This document shows positions 61,465 to 64,000 of a stretch of 64,000 nucleotides of DNA, piece after piece. The stretch is from Paraspadella gotoi. Lineage: Eukaryota; Animalia; Chaetognatha. The translations under genes and the position numbers were made by a program. How positions within the stretch are numbered: position 1 is the first letter of the stretch; every line of letters begins with the position of its first letter. The notes beneath the pieces were generated by a model, which saw only the letters and a program-made list of their open reading frames with translations, was not told where the DNA came from and did not search any database. The stretch lies in NCBI GenBank assembly GCA_051294375.1, contig CM119270.1, positions 5,619,452 to 5,683,451 on the forward strand, in the 5' to 3' direction.

Positions 61465-61840
61465 AGAGGAAGGAGAGGAGAGATAGCAGGAGTGAACTGA
61501 AAAGGAAAAAAAAAAAGAACGAAATCCAATTAATAAATTTCTTGTTCTCCCCCCAGAAATGCAAACACGGAACGTTTGTTTTGCCCGTTTGCTTTTCGCG
61601 CTACTCCGCATCCTCTCATCCTCTCATCTTCCCTTCTTTTCCAACTTTTCCATGTCCCTGACTTGCCCTGCCCTGCTCTCTTTTTGCTCTCGACCCTTTT
61701 GTCATTATTCTTCCTTGACTTACCAGAACTTAGCAGCTTTTCCAAAGTCCGCTTTTCAATCGCCGAACTTCCATGGGGTTCTATAATTTGTCATTTCTTC
61801 TCCTCTCATTTTTTAAAGTTTCTTTCCTTTTAGTTTGACG
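61465..61840 (-). repeat. Inverted-repeat arm (partner 59540-59995); acceptor opens a minus-strand exon 61496-61365
   Basis: CAG|TT CAC TCC TGC... exon ends CCA CGG TCC T|GTAAGT. Confidence 0.85.
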
Positions 61841-62012
61841 CTCTCGCTGTTTCACCCTCTAGGCGAGTCTAGCCATTTTCCGCTTAATTCTTGAGTCTTT
61901 TACCCTTTCCTGTTATAATTTCTAATTTTCCACAACGTAATTTCGATTCTTCTCCATTTGCAATTCACATTTTCATTTTTAAAAACCAATTAATTTTGAA
62001 AAGTAACCTAAC

Positions 62013-64000
62013 CTAAGTGCTTTTTTCCAGTAGATCTTGCTTCGTCGTCGTATCCGTGCTTGCCCTCATGCTTGTTGATGTGCTTGTCGTCGTCATAAAC
62101 GATAAAAGTGAAGGATTTTCTTGCGTTGCATTCTTCTGCAATAAGAAAGCATCATTATATATAAATGTATTTTAAAGAAATACTCTTTTCGTGCTTGAAA
62201 TTCTTTTTAAAGAGAGAGATTTTGCAAGAGAAAATCCCACATTATTTGAATGTGGCAATACTCGTTCGCCATTGAATTACAATCAGATAACAATCTTAAT
62301 CCGGAGAGAAAGTCGTAGCACTTCCACCAAACTCGCATTATGGTTCCACTGTAACCTAAAGATTAAACAAATAATTGCAAGAAATATTTTTCAAAAGATT
62401 TTTTAATTTGGTGAAGACTATACCATTTGCATTGGCAAGACGAAACGCCATTGTTATAGCACAATAGTTGGTTTCAAGCAGTGGTTGCAAATCAGTGCAT
62501 TTTTAATTCCTGAGGACCCTCCTCCAAAATTGACACTTTTTCCCCGCTGTAGCCCTATAAAGTTGTTTAAAAAAAATTATATTCTGACATTCATAAATAT
62601 ATTATAAAAATTCTTTCCTTTTTTTAAATACCTGTTTTACAACTTTGCAAAGCAAAGCCATTATTACGATTGCAATAATCAGTACATTGAGGTTACAATC
62701 ATACAACCTTAAACCAGGTGAAGATGTAGTCATTCCCTCTCCAAACTGACATTTATCCTCCACTGTAAACCTAAATATTTTACAATAATCGATATTAAGG
62801 TAAAAGGTAAGCAGATAAAATAATAATATATAATTAACCCGATTGCATTTGCACCATAAACATTCCATTGTTAGATGTGCAAGTATTCTGTTCCAATTGT
62901 ATTACAATCTGTACATTTTAAGGCCAGGGGAACATTGTTGTTACCTCCTCCAAAATTGCATTTTCGCCAACTATAACCTTGTAATTAAAAAAAACCATTT
63001 AGAAACAAGAAAATGATAAATATATCTGTGTAAAAATGTACCTTATGACCTGTTTTAACATTTGCAAGTAAATCGCCCATTATTAGATGTACAATATTCT
63101 GTCCCATTGAATTACAAATCAGTACATCTTAATCCCGGTGAACGGCTGTTTGATGCTCCTCCAACCAAACTGGCATTTTCTTCCTCCACTGAAACCTAAA
63201 GAATCTGAATTATGTCCCGCAACAAAAATGTAAGAAAAAAATATCCAAAAAATAGGTTGATACCAAATTTGCATTTGCTGAAAAAATCCATCATTTGATG
63301 TTGCAATATTCTGTCCAAAAGAGTTTAAATCTGTAAACATTTTAAACCGGGAGATGGAGTCGTGAACCGGCCCCCAACCATATTGGCATCTATCCCCCGC
63401 TGTAACCTAATATGTATTTGAAAGTTATCTTGAAAAAAAGGAAAACTTTATAATCCAACTATGTCCATAAAAAAATTACCAATTTGCAATTTGCATGAAA
63501 AATTCATTATTAGAGGCACAATATTCCTGTTCCAAAGGCTGTGCAGATCAGTACATTTTCAAACGAGGTGACATTGTGGTAGCACCACCGCCAAATTGGA
63601 CATTTATCCCCACTGTATCCTATCATTTGAAAAATAAATTAATCGAAATTTTTATTCTGATCATAAAATTTTTTTTATAGAAATAACCATTCTGCATTTG
63701 CAAGGAGAAGAGCCCATTGTTTGAAGGTAAAGCATATACTCCGTTCCCATGCTGTTACAATCTGTACACTTTAAACACCGGAGATGAAGTTGTTAACTTC
63801 GCCACCAAACTGACATCTATCGGCCGCTGAAACCTGTAAAGCAGATGCACATCATTATTCCGCGACAATGATTGGCCGATTTACCTAACGGCGCCGCTTT
63901 TTGAAAGAGACTCACCCGCTTTGCAATTGCAGACAAATCCGTTGCCGGCGCGGAGCAAGAAGACAAACGCGAGAGAATTACAGTCGCTGCATGCTGAATT
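62013..64000 (-). CDS. Tandem EGF-like repeat protein, partial and frameshifted as assembled; exons >64000-63916, 63833-63688, 63619-63480, 63406-63264, 63195-~63050, 62977-62839, 62770-62632, 62554-62424, 62355-62184, 62135-62013
   Basis: Eight ~130-170-nt phase-1 exons with short introns, consensus (after indel correction) G[FY]SGxKCQFGGxxTxSPGLKCTDCNSxGTEYCxSNNGxFxCKCKxG; the CxC..G[FY]xG..C signature is EGF/laminin-EGF-like. Indels could be sequencing error or pseudogenisation. Confidence 0.7.

Noticed and set aside
53251-61840. DIRS/Penelope element suggested by mixed direct and inverted repeats
   Set aside because: No recognisable reverse transcriptase, tyrosine recombinase or GIY-YIG sequence; low base quality leaves slight doubt.

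Overview
Eukaryotic (animal-like) genomic DNA from a draft assembly: spliceosomal introns, very dense (GA)n/(GAAA)n/(CGA)n microsatellites, N-gaps mostly at microsatellites, and an indel-rich right quarter (~47-64 kb). Most ORF-track entries are microsatellite noise. Genes read by hand: a 2-exon XK-related (XKR scramblase-like) gene with a long extra multi-TM C-terminus (+, 6875-10068); an orphan terminal exon (+, 16315-16604); a phase-consistent multi-exon single-pass membrane protein with a long disordered Tyr-motif tail (+, ~21572-40278); an intact SAR1 (-, 41762-43278); a fibrinogen-related-domain (FReD) gene (-, 45332-46929); and a tandem EGF-like exon array (-, 62013 to beyond 64000). 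Mobile DNA includes a 2.4-kb near-palindromic CAC...GTG element with a 4-bp TSD (Chapaev-like) and small MITE/HINE-like elements. Two highlights, both needing read and RNA validation because assembly error is a live alternative. (1) The FReD stop codon is followed in frame by 222 codons ending in a GPI-signal-like tail. (2) The most plausible upstream exon of the FReD lies on the opposite strand, in two copies, one inside a segment bracketed by inverted repeats that carry a shared splice acceptor.
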